DNA from: Vicinamibacterales bacterium
GTDB lineage: Bacteria; Acidobacteriota; Vicinamibacteria; Vicinamibacterales; 2-12-FULL-66-21
Assembly: GCA_036496585.1 (NCBI GenBank)
Contig: DASXLB010000068.1
Coordinates: forward strand, 10,781 to 74,780
Length of the DNA: 64,000 nt
Direction: 5' to 3'
Shown here one piece after another: positions 44,370-53,080 of this stretch. The notes under the pieces were generated by a model. The model had not been told where the DNA came from. It did no database searches and saw only the letters and a list, made by a program, of their open reading frames with translations. A program made the translations under genes and the position numbers. How positions within the stretch are numbered: position 1 is the stretch's first letter; the number at the start of each line of letters is the position of its first letter.

Positions 44370-47279
44370 ATGACACGTCTATATGGAATCGTCGCGCTGC
44401 TCGTCCTGTGCAGCGCGCCCAGCTTCGCGCAAGGTACGCAGACCGGCACGATCCGCGGCACCGTGAAGGACCAGCAGGGGCTGGCCCTCCCGGGTGCCAC
44501 GATCACGGCGACCTCACCCGCTCTGCAGGGTGAGCGGACCGTCGTCACCGACACCGACGGCACTTACCTCTTCCGCGCCATTCCGCCCGGTCCTTACAGC
44601 CTGAAAGTTGAGATGAGCGGCATGGCGACGGCGCAGAAGACGGCCGACGTGCCCCTCGGCGGGGTGGCACAGGTCGATGTCACGCTGTCGCTCTCACAGG
44701 TGCAGGAGTCGGTCACCGTCTCCGGCGGGACGCCGAGCATCCTGACCACGCCGGTCGTCGGCGTCAATCTCAAACACGACCAGGTCGAGACGCTCGCGTC
44801 GCGGCGGGATCTCGAGGGGATCGCCAACCTCTCGCCCGGCGTCACCGAGGGCACCGCTCCCAACGCGCAGCAGTTGAACATCAACGGCTCGTTCGCCTAC
44901 GACAACCTGTTCATGATCAACGGCATCGACGTCAACGACAACCTGTTCGGCTCGCCGCAGAACGTCTTCATCGAGGATGCGATCCAGGAGACGCAGGTGC
45001 TCACCTCGGGCATCTCGGCCGAGTACGGGCGCTTCTCGGGCGGCGTCATCAACGCCATCACCAAGAGCGGCGGCAACACCTTCAGCGGCAGCTTCCGCGT
45101 CAACCTCTCGGACCCGACCTGGAGCGCGATCACGCCGTTCGAGCAGGCCCACAACACCACCCGCACCAGCGTGCTCAACAAGACCTACGAGGCGACCATG
45201 GGCGGACCGATCCTGCCCGACAAGGTGTGGTTCTTCACGGCCGGCCGCTTCGCGAAAACCACGGCGTCGAACTCGTTTCCGGCGACGGGCATCAAATACG
45301 ACACCGACAGCGATAACAAGCGCGGCGAGGTGAAGGTCACGGCGACGCCGTTCGCGAACCATACGTTCCAGGGGAATTTCACTACGAATCCAACCACTGA
45401 AACGCTCCCGGCCATCGGCGGCTACGAAATCGACCCGGCGACGCTCGTCACCCGGAACACGCCCAACAGCGTGTTCGGCGCGAGCTGGCGGGGCGTGCTC
45501 GGCTCGAAGATGCTCGCCGAGGCGGCGTACTCGCAGCGGCACTTCTCGTTCCTCGACGCCGGCGGCACCAGCACGATCCAGAACGACTCGCCGATCTTCA
45601 CGCTCACGCAGAACGGCGGCAACTACGAGTACAACGCGCCGTACTTCGACGCCACCGATCCCGAGGACCGGAACAACCGGCAGCTCACCGCGAACCTCTC
45701 CTACAGCCTGACCAAGGCCGGCCGTCACGACTTCAAGGGCGGCTGGGAGTGGTACCGGAGCGCGCGCACCGGCGGCAACTCGCAATCGGCGACCAGCTAC
45801 GTGTTCGTCTCCGACTTCGTCGAAGACGCCAACGGCAACCCGGCGTTCGACGCGAACGACCGCATCATCCCGACGTTCGTGCCCGGCGCGACACAGGTGC
45901 AGCACTGGATCGCGACGCGCGGCGCCGAGCTGAACACCGACAACAACTCGTTCTTCCTGCAGGATCACTGGGTCGCCACCTCGACGCTGTCGCTCGATCT
46001 CGGCGTGCGGTTCGAGAAAGTGAAGAGCGACTCGACCGGCGGCATCATCGGCGTCGACACCAGCACCGTGGTGCCGCGGCTCGCCGTGGCCTACGATCCG
46101 AAGGGGGATGGACGCACGGTGTTTCACGCCACCTACGGCTGGTACTCGGGCCGCTACAACGACACGCAGGTCGGCGCCAACAGCGCCGTCGGCAATCCGG
46201 CGTTGACGGTCGGCATCTACGACGGGCCTGCAGGCCAGGGACGCGACTTCGCGGCCGGCTTCGATCCGGCTAATTATCAGACTGTCTTCGGCAGCTTCCC
46301 GACGGCCAATGTGTCCATCGCGCCGGGGCTGTCGTCGCCGCTGACCAAGGAATTCACGGTGTCGGCCGGCACGCAGCTGGGGCGGAAGGGCTCGACGCAG
46401 GTGACCTATGTGATGCGCCACATGGACAACTTCATCGAGGACTTCATCGACATCGCGAACGGCACGACCGACGTCGCCCAGAACGGCGTCGACTTCGGCA
46501 CGTTCACCAACATCCAGTACCAGAACTCCAGCGTGCCGAAGCGCGACTACCAGGCGATGGTGTTTCAGGCCGACTACCGACCCTCGTCGAACTGGCAGAT
46601 CGCCGGCAACTACACGCTGCAGATCAAGAACGACGGCACGTTCACGGGCGAGGCGCAGAACCAGCCGGGCATCCCGTCGGAATACGGCAACTTCCCGGTC
46701 GCGGGGCTGCCGACGATCCTGACGCGGTCGCTGCCCGACGGGCATCTGTACGACTTCCAGCGCTCGAAGCTGCGCGCCTGGACGATCTACACGATGAACC
46801 TCAAGAACGCCGGCCGGCTGTCGCTCTCGGGCCTGGTGCGCGCTGACTCCGGCCTCAGCTACAGTCTCGTCGCGTCGAGCGTGCCGCTCACCGACATCCA
46901 GACGAACCTGCTCGACGCCGCCGGCTACCCGGATGCGCCCCAGTCGCAGAACGTCTATTTCGGCAATCGCGGATCGCAGTTCTTCCCGGGTGTCGCGCTC
47001 TTCGACACGTCGATCAACTACGACATCCCGATCTACAAGAGCGCGCGTCCCTACCTGAAGTTCGACGTCTACAACCTGTTCAACAACCTGACGGTGATCC
47101 GCTACGACACCACCGTCAATCCCGATCCGAACAGCCCGCTGGACTCGATGGGTCTACCGACGGGCTATATCAAGGGGTCGAACTTCGGTCAGGCGACGTC
47201 GACGGCGGCGTATCCCGTCCCGTTCCAGGGCCAGCGCGGCGGCCGGACATTCCGCATGGCGTTCGGCTTCCGGTTCTAG
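44370..47279 (+). CDS. TonB-dependent receptor with CarboxypepD_reg-like N-terminal domain
   Basis: ATG 44370 follows GAGGAGA. Signal peptide MTRLYGIVALLVLCSAPSFA. GTIRGTVKDQQGLALPGATITA...GTYLFRAIPPGPY. Barrel ends ...RMAFGFRF. Confidence 0.93.
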   Translation: MTRLYGIVALLVLCSAPSFAQGTQTGTIRGTVKDQQGLALPGATITATSPALQGERTVVTDTDGTYLFRAIPPGPYSLKVEMSGMATAQKTADVPLGGVAQVDVTLSLSQVQESVTVSGGTPSILTTPVVGVNLKHDQVETLASRRDLEGIANLSPGVTEGTAPNAQQLNINGSFAYDNLFMINGIDVNDNLFGSPQNVFIEDAIQETQVLTSGISAEYGRFSGGVINAITKSGGNTFSGSFRVNLSDPTWSAITPFEQAHNTTRTSVLNKTYEATMGGPILPDKVWFFTAGRFAKTTASNSFPATGIKYDTDSDNKRGEVKVTATPFANHTFQGNFTTNPTTETLPAIGGYEIDPATLVTRNTPNSVFGASWRGVLGSKMLAEAAYSQRHFSFLDAGGTSTIQNDSPIFTLTQNGGNYEYNAPYFDATDPEDRNNRQLTANLSYSLTKAGRHDFKGGWEWYRSARTGGNSQSATSYVFVSDFVEDANGNPAFDANDRIIPTFVPGATQVQHWIATRGAELNTDNNSFFLQDHWVATSTLSLDLGVRFEKVKSDSTGGIIGVDTSTVVPRLAVAYDPKGDGRTVFHATYGWYSGRYNDTQVGANSAVGNPALTVGIYDGPAGQGRDFAAGFDPANYQTVFGSFPTANVSIAPGLSSPLTKEFTVSAGTQLGRKGSTQVTYVMRHMDNFIEDFIDIANGTTDVAQNGVDFGTFTNIQYQNSSVPKRDYQAMVFQADYRPSSNWQIAGNYTLQIKNDGTFTGEAQNQPGIPSEYGNFPVAGLPTILTRSLPDGHLYDFQRSKLRAWTIYTMNLKNAGRLSLSGLVRADSGLSYSLVASSVPLTDIQTNLLDAAGYPDAPQSQNVYFGNRGSQFFPGVALFDTSINYDIPIYKSARPYLKFDVYNLFNNLTVIRYDTTVNPDPNSPLDSMGLPTGYIKGSNFGQATSTAAYPVPFQGQRGGRTFRMAFGFRF

Positions 47280-47281
47280 AT

Positions 47282-47530
47282 TTATCCGAGGGGCTTTGCC
47301 CCTCGGACTCCCCTGCACGCGCTCTCGCGCGCCGCGGCGCCGGCGCGGCTCCGTGCGCGTGGCTCGTGTCGCTGCGCTCGCTCGCCGGGCCAGGGGCGTG
47401 GCCGCTCGGGACCCCTGCACGCGCTCTCGCGCGCCGCGGCGCCGGCGCGCCTCCGTTCGCGTGGCTCGCGTCGCTGCGCTCGCTCGCCGGGCCAGGGGCT
47501 TTGCCCCTCGGACTTCCCCTGCACGCGCTC
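47282..47530. repeat. ~102-bp tandem intergenic repeat (about 2.4 copies) with CC(G/A)GGGGC-NNN-GCC(C/G)CTCGG hairpins
   Basis: Hairpins at 47286-47306, ~47391-47411 and ~47492-47512, each followed by (G)ACxCCCCTGCACGCGCTC. Same hairpin and TTATCCGAGGGGC start as the 19.5-kb locus. Confidence 0.85.
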
Positions 47531-47552
47531 CCGTTCGCAGGTGCCGGCATGG

Positions 47553-47558
47553 CAGAAT
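47553..47558 (+). promoter_or_regulatory. -10-like box CAGAAT, 9 nt before ATG 47568
   Basis: CAGAAT. Gap GGCGACGCG has no SD. Confidence 0.3.
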
Positions 47559-47567
47559 GGCGACGCG

Positions 47568-48347
47568 ATGACCTACACCCATGGCCATCACGAGAGCGTT
47601 CTGCGATCGCATCGCTGGCGGACGGTCGACAATTCGGCCGCTTACCTGATTCCACACTTGCATGCTGGAGTCAGCCTGCTGGATGTCGGCTGCGGGCCAG
47701 GAACTATCACCGCAGATTTCGCGCGACGTCTCACGCCGGACGCCGTGCTCGGCATCGACGCGTCAGCCAGCGTCATCGCGGAAGCGCGGCGCGATCATCC
47801 AGGCGTCGCGTTCGAGACCGGCGACGTCTACCGCGTGGATCGGCCGGATGCATCGTTCGACATCGTCCACGCACACCAGGTCCTGCAGCACCTGGGCGAC
47901 CCGGTTGCGGCCTTGAGCGAAATGCGGCGCCTCGTCCGCCCGGACGGCATCGTCGCCGTCCGCGACGCCGACTATGGCACCTTCACGTGGCATCCGATGG
48001 ACGCGCGTCTCGCGCGATGGCTGGCGCTCTATCACGAGATCGCGCGCGCCAATCGCGGCGAGCCTGATGCGGGCCGCTATCTGCTGTCATGGGCGCGGCA
48101 GGCCGGCTTCACCCGCATCATGGCCTCGGCGTCCGCCTGGTGCTTCGCGACGTCGGAGGATCGCGCGTGGTGGGGGGGACTCTGGGCCGACCGCGTCACC
48201 TCGTCCGCGATCGCCACACAGGCGATCCGCGAGGGACGTGCGACCGAGGATGAACTCGCGGCGCTCGCCGACGCGTGGCGCGCGTGGGCGGCTGTGGATG
48301 ACGGTTGGTTCGCGACGCTTCACGGCGAGTTGATTTGTCGGCGATAA
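47568..48347 (+). CDS. class I SAM-dependent methyltransferase
   Basis: Motif I LLDVGCGPGTIT. ORF-track start is 47541; ATG 47568 (MTYTHGHH...) is preferred. Confidence 0.88.
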   Translation: MTYTHGHHESVLRSHRWRTVDNSAAYLIPHLHAGVSLLDVGCGPGTITADFARRLTPDAVLGIDASASVIAEARRDHPGVAFETGDVYRVDRPDASFDIVHAHQVLQHLGDPVAALSEMRRLVRPDGIVAVRDADYGTFTWHPMDARLARWLALYHEIARANRGEPDAGRYLLSWARQAGFTRIMASASAWCFATSEDRAWWGGLWADRVTSSAIATQAIREGRATEDELAALADAWRAWAAVDDGWFATLHGELICRR

Positions 48348-48411
48348 CAATGCCACTTCGCTCGGCGGAGTGCCCGATCGCTGTCCTGCGGAGTTACCGA
48401 GTCGAACCCCT

Positions 48412-49365
48412 TCAGCCGAGCGACTGTCTGACGACGGCGCGGATCTTGTCGAGTCCGGTTTTGAGGTTCTCGTCGGCGCTCTTCGCCCAGTAGTCCTTGT
48501 TGAAGAGTTCCAGCGAGAAGCAGCCGCGGAAGCCGTTGTCGCGCATGTCGCGCAGGATCTGACGGAACGGCGCGACGCCGTCACCGGGGTAGATGCGGTT
48601 GCCGTCGTTGAGCGTCGCCGGGTCCGCCGCTTGCGGATAGTCGTTGATGTGCATCACGTGCAGCGCGCCGCCGTTGATTTGCTTCAGCGCGGTGAACGGC
48701 GTGCCGCTCTTGTAGATGTGGAAGACGTCGAGCAGGAGGCTCGCGTCGGGCCGGCCGGCCGCCACGGTGACGTAGATGCCGTTGCGAAGCGGTCCGAACT
48801 GTGGATGCGTTCCCCACAGTTCGAAGAGCGGCTGCACGCCCGTCTTCTCGCCGAGTTCGAGGGCCTCGCGGTAGTACGCCGCGGCGTTGTCGAGGCTGAT
48901 TGACGGCGCGCCGCGCCCACCCGGCACGGTGGCGATGCGCGTGCCGCCGATTTGCGCCACTTTGTCCATGTCGACCTTGAGCTTATCGAGCGCCGCCGCG
49001 CGCTGCGCCGCATCGTCGACGAGGACGGAATTGAACGCGATCGCGTTCTCGACGGTGAGCCCGGCGTCGGCGATCCGCCCGCCGAGATCCTTCAGCGATC
49101 CACCCGCCTTCGCGTAGGCGTCGAGCTCGGTGATCCACGGCTCGATCGCGTCGAACCCGGCCCGGCCGGCCGCCGCCACCACCTTCACAATGTCGAGCTG
49201 ATTGCCGCGCACGGTGCTGGTGTTGAGGCAATACCCGAACGGTTCGGCGGCGGTTCGCTGACGGCGCCCCTGCTGACGCGGCGGCGCGGCCTGCGCTGCC
49301 TGCGCGGCGACGGCACCCGCCACGCCGACCACACTCCCGAGCACTTCCCGACGGGTCCACTCCAT
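48412..49365 (-). CDS. TAT-exported sugar-phosphate isomerase/epimerase (TIM barrel)
   Basis: SD GAGGAG. MEWTRREVLGSVVGVAGAVAAQAA twin-arginine signal. ...FDAIEPW..., HINDY, LELFN family pattern. Confidence 0.85.
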   Translation of the reverse strand: MEWTRREVLGSVVGVAGAVAAQAAQAAPPRQQGRRQRTAAEPFGYCLNTSTVRGNQLDIVKVVAAAGRAGFDAIEPWITELDAYAKAGGSLKDLGGRIADAGLTVENAIAFNSVLVDDAAQRAAALDKLKVDMDKVAQIGGTRIATVPGGRGAPSISLDNAAAYYREALELGEKTGVQPLFELWGTHPQFGPLRNGIYVTVAAGRPDASLLLDVFHIYKSGTPFTALKQINGGALHVMHINDYPQAADPATLNDGNRIYPGDGVAPFRQILRDMRDNGFRGCFSLELFNKDYWAKSADENLKTGLDKIRAVVRQSLG

Positions 49366-49550
49366 TGCACGGCTCCTCTCAGCGAAGCGTTATGGTAGCC
49401 GCATCACGGCTCAAGCCCGGCGGTACCGATAACCGCACCGGTATTGCGTCCAGGCGCGGGCGCGAATATTCTCCATCCGGCTGAAACATTTGGCCCAGCA
49501 GCATAGGTAATAACGCCAGTCCCATTATCGATATCCCGGGAGGAGCATCT

Positions 49551-51152
49551 ATGTCAGTCCAGTGGAAGTCGTTGGCCCAGGCGTGTGCCTGCGCGGGTGC
49601 GGCGGCCGCGATCGCCATTGCGCCGATTGCCATCAAGGCCCAGGCCCCGCCGGCCGGCGCCCAGGCCCCAGGCGGCGGACGCGGGGGACCATCCCCGCTG
49701 GCCACGTCGCTGTTCACGGCGTTCGACGCCGACAAGGACGGGAATGTCACGGCCGCGGAGGTCACGACGGCGTTCGACGCGTGGTACGCCGCCGCCGATA
49801 GCCAGAAGTCCGGATCGGTGACGCAGGAGCAGCTGTCGGGGGCACTCGGCACGGTGTTCGGACCTCCGGCGGCGGCACCGGCCGGCGCGATCGGTGCCGG
49901 CAGAGGCGCCGGCGGACGCGGTCCGACCGAGTTCGTAGCCGGCGCGCCGACGCCCGGGCTCAACGACCCCTGTGGCGGCCGCAGCCAGCATCCGACCGCC
50001 GCCTGCCCGGGCGACGTCGAGCAGATGATGGCAGCCCTGCCGGCGACGGCGCCTGCCAAGCCGCTCAAGGCGCGCAAGGTGCTGCTCTTCTCGCGCATCC
50101 CCTCCGCAGGCTTCCAGCATTCGTCGATCCCGCTGGCGATGAAGACGGTCGAGGAGCTCGGCAAGAAGACCGGCGCCTGGACGTCCGACTGGGCCTGGGA
50201 TCCGGCGGTCTTCACCAAGGACAACCTGGCGAAGTACGACGCAATCTTCCTGTCGAGCACGACCGGCTGCTTCCTCGACGCGCCCGCCGGCAACAAGGCG
50301 GTCACCGACGCGCGCCGCGCCGCCTTCGTTGAGTTCGTGCGCAGCGGCAAGGGCGTGGCCGGTATCCACGCCACTGGCGACTCGTATCATTCGCCCTGCC
50401 CGGACGATGAGGGCGCCGGCCAGCGTGGCGGCGGCTTCGGACGCGGCGGCGGCTCGCCGTCGGGCTCGCTCGCCTCGGTGATCCTCCGTTGGTCGTGGGG
50501 CCTCGACGACAAGAAAGTTCAAGCCGAGACCATGACGCTGACCAAGGCCGACATGGACGCGGTGGCGGCCGGCTGGTGGAAACAGCTCGATCCCGGCGGC
50601 GCCGGCAAGGTGACGCAGGCGGCGTTCGACAGCGGCATCGTCCCCGTCGCGACGCAGTCGAACAACTACGTCGGCTCGCCCGGCCGCGACACCGGCAAGG
50701 GCAGCTGGCCCGACTGGGACAACATGATCGGCGGCTACTTCAAGTTCCACTGGCTCGACCCGCAGCACATCGTCGTCAAGATCGACGACAAGACCAGCCC
50801 GCTGACGAAGATGTTCAACGGCCAGGACTTCGACATCTACGAAGAAACCTACACGTTCAGCATCAACTCGTTCTCGCGTGAGAACGTGCACGTGTTGACC
50901 AGCGTCAACTACGCCAAGATGTCGTTCATGGACAAGCTCAAGGAGAGCGGCATGCGGCCGGATCACGACTTCGGCCTGAGCTGGATCAAGAAGGAGGGCC
51001 AGGGGCGCGTGTTCTACACCGCCATCGGCCACGACGAGCGGCAGTACGCGATCAAGCCGCTGCTGGAGCATCTGCTGGCCGGCATGCAGTACGCCCTCGG
51101 TGATCTGAAGGCCGACGACACGCCGAGCAAGAAGAAGGCGACCCAGCATTAG
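49551..51152 (+). CDS. secreted ThuA-domain protein with EF-hand-like segments
   Basis: SD GGGAGGAG and a signal peptide. FDADKDGNVTAAEV is an EF-hand-like loop. ThuA core KVLLFSR...GFQHSSIP...GVAGIHA...VFYTAIGHDE is interrupted by a ~90-aa insert. Confidence 0.8.
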   Translation: MSVQWKSLAQACACAGAAAAIAIAPIAIKAQAPPAGAQAPGGGRGGPSPLATSLFTAFDADKDGNVTAAEVTTAFDAWYAAADSQKSGSVTQEQLSGALGTVFGPPAAAPAGAIGAGRGAGGRGPTEFVAGAPTPGLNDPCGGRSQHPTAACPGDVEQMMAALPATAPAKPLKARKVLLFSRIPSAGFQHSSIPLAMKTVEELGKKTGAWTSDWAWDPAVFTKDNLAKYDAIFLSSTTGCFLDAPAGNKAVTDARRAAFVEFVRSGKGVAGIHATGDSYHSPCPDDEGAGQRGGGFGRGGGSPSGSLASVILRWSWGLDDKKVQAETMTLTKADMDAVAAGWWKQLDPGGAGKVTQAAFDSGIVPVATQSNNYVGSPGRDTGKGSWPDWDNMIGGYFKFHWLDPQHIVVKIDDKTSPLTKMFNGQDFDIYEETYTFSINSFSRENVHVLTSVNYAKMSFMDKLKESGMRPDHDFGLSWIKKEGQGRVFYTAIGHDERQYAIKPLLEHLLAGMQYALGDLKADDTPSKKKATQH

Positions 51153-51196
51153 AATCCGGGGGGCTTCACCGCTCCGCGGAAATCGGGCACGCTCAC

Positions 51197-51229
51197 GCGG
51201 TCGGCGGGTCACCCGCCGGCCGCGTTTTT
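51197..51229 (+). terminator. rho-independent terminator after the ThuA gene
   Basis: GCGGTCGGCGGG-TCA-CCCGCCGGCCGC (12-bp stem with one G-U pair) followed by GTTTTTG. Confidence 0.7.
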
Positions 51230-51259
51230 GATTTCGAGAGACATGCTTTGCACCCGAAC

Positions 51260-52816
51260 ATGAGCCGCAGTCCAGACGTGCTCGTCGTCGGCGCCGGTCC
51301 CACCGGCCTCGTACTCGCACTCTGGCTCACGCGCCTCGGCATCACCGTCCGCATCGTCGATCAGACAGCCGAACCGGGGACGACCTCGCGGGCGCTGGCC
51401 GTGCAGGCGCGCACCCTCGAGTTCTACCGGCAGCTCGGTCTCGATCGCGATCTGCTCGATCGCGGACGGCAGGTGTCGGCCGCGCACCTGTGGGTGGCGG
51501 GTCGCCGCGTCGCCGATCTTACGCTCGGCGACATGGGACGTGGCATCAGCCCGTATCCCTACGCCTTCATCTTTCCGCAGGACGAGCACGAGCGCCTGCT
51601 GATCGAGCGTCTCCGCGACGCCGGCGTGACGGTCGAGCGCGAGACGACGCTGCTGGATTTCGTCGAGCGCGACGCCGGCGTGACTGGGAGGCTGCAGGAC
51701 GGCTCGGGGAAGATCGAGAAGTGCGAGGCGGCCTATATCGCCGGCTGCGACGGCGCCCACTCGCGCGTCCGCCAGCTGTTGTCGATCGATTTTGCCGGCG
51801 GCACCTACGAGCACCTCTTCTATGTGGCCGACGTCGAGGCGGCCGGCGAGGTCATGGACGGCGACATCCACGTCGGGCTCGATCGGAGCGAGTTCCTGGT
51901 GGCGTTTCCGCTGACCGCACCATCGCACGCGCGTCTCATCGGTACCGTGCGCGACGAGTCATCGACGGAGCAGCACGACAATCTGGCGTGGGAGGACGTC
52001 GGCCGCCGCGTCCTCGAGTGGATGCGGGTCGACGTTCGCCGGGTCAACTGGTTCTCGACCTATCGCGTGCACCATCGCGTCGCCGCGGGCTTCCGCCGCA
52101 ACCGCGCGTTCCTGCTCGGCGACGCGGCGCACGTCCACAGCCCGGTCGGCGGACAGGGGATGAACACCGGCATCGGCGATGCCGTCAATCTGGCCTGGAA
52201 GCTCGCGGCGGTGATCGGCCACCACGCCGCGCCGGCGCTGCTCGACACCTACGAGCCCGAGCGGCTCGCCTTTGCGCGACGGCTCGTCGACACGACCGAT
52301 CGCGCGTTTACGGGCGTGACCAGTTCGTCGGCGCTGGCCCGTGCCGTCCGTCTGCACGCGGTGCCGCTGGCGCTGCCGCCGCTGCTGAGGCTGCCGCAGG
52401 TGCGGCGCTTCATGTTCCGCACCATCTCGCAGACGGCCATCGAGTATCGCGACAGCGCGGCGAGCGACGGACGCGCCGGTGGTCTGCACGGCGGCGATCG
52501 GCTCCCCTGGGTGCCGGCCGACTCCGGCGCCGACAACTTCGCGGTGCTCACGGCGCTCGACTGGCAGGTGCACATCTATGGTGAAGCGCGGCCCGACGCG
52601 CCCGCCTTCTGCGCGCCGCGGCGGCTGCCGTTGCACGTGTTCCCGTGGCTGCCGGCGGCTGCGCGCGCCGGGATCCAGCGCCACGCCCTCTATCTCGTCA
52701 GGCCCGACGGCTACGTCGCGCTGGCATCGGCCGAGGCATCGGTCGAAGCGCTCGAGACGTATCTGCGGCGCTGGGAGATACGAACGCGCGGAGCGGACAC
52801 TCCGCTTCAACCGTAA
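51260..52816 (+). CDS. FAD-dependent aromatic-ring monooxygenase (PheA/TfdB-like)
   Basis: DVLVVGAGPTGLVLALWL (GxGxxG). GDAAHVHSPVGGQGMNTGIGDAVNLAWKLA. Confidence 0.9.
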   Translation: MSRSPDVLVVGAGPTGLVLALWLTRLGITVRIVDQTAEPGTTSRALAVQARTLEFYRQLGLDRDLLDRGRQVSAAHLWVAGRRVADLTLGDMGRGISPYPYAFIFPQDEHERLLIERLRDAGVTVERETTLLDFVERDAGVTGRLQDGSGKIEKCEAAYIAGCDGAHSRVRQLLSIDFAGGTYEHLFYVADVEAAGEVMDGDIHVGLDRSEFLVAFPLTAPSHARLIGTVRDESSTEQHDNLAWEDVGRRVLEWMRVDVRRVNWFSTYRVHHRVAAGFRRNRAFLLGDAAHVHSPVGGQGMNTGIGDAVNLAWKLAAVIGHHAAPALLDTYEPERLAFARRLVDTTDRAFTGVTSSSALARAVRLHAVPLALPPLLRLPQVRRFMFRTISQTAIEYRDSAASDGRAGGLHGGDRLPWVPADSGADNFAVLTALDWQVHIYGEARPDAPAFCAPRRLPLHVFPWLPAAARAGIQRHALYLVRPDGYVALASAEASVEALETYLRRWEIRTRGADTPLQP

Positions 52817-52944
52817 TATTCGAAGCGATCCACGTCGCGTATCTCTTCAACATCTACGACCGCCTCGCCGACACGATGGGCTGGGACCTGCCGGATCCGG
52901 CGAAGGGCTACTACCAGTTCAGGTGCTCGACGCCGGGTCGGTAA
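52813..52944 (+). pseudogene. ~43-aa C-terminal relic of a carboxymuconolactone-decarboxylase/peroxidase-related (AhpD-like) gene
   Basis: VIFEAIHVAYLFNIYDRLADTMGWDLP... resembles only the last helices of CMD/peroxidase-related enzymes. It begins at the monooxygenase stop codon, and nothing matching lies upstream. Confidence 0.4.
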
Positions 52945-53080
52945 GGCCGATTGTGTAGACGACGACGGGACCGGGCGTCTTAGCCGCCGCTGAGAGGCAA
53001 AAAGCAGCCGTGAACACAAGGAGCACGTGACGGCGCATGTGCGCACTCTACAATAGGCCCTGGACTGTCGTGGGGAGGAC

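Noticed and set aside
47154-47663. Several 80-170-aa ORFs on both strands across the 47.3-47.5 kb repeats (and 19354..19605 across the 19.5 kb repeats)
   Set aside because: Their sequences are simply the translated tandem repeat (for example GAKPLARRASAATRATRTE twice). There are no starts with an SD and no family resemblance.
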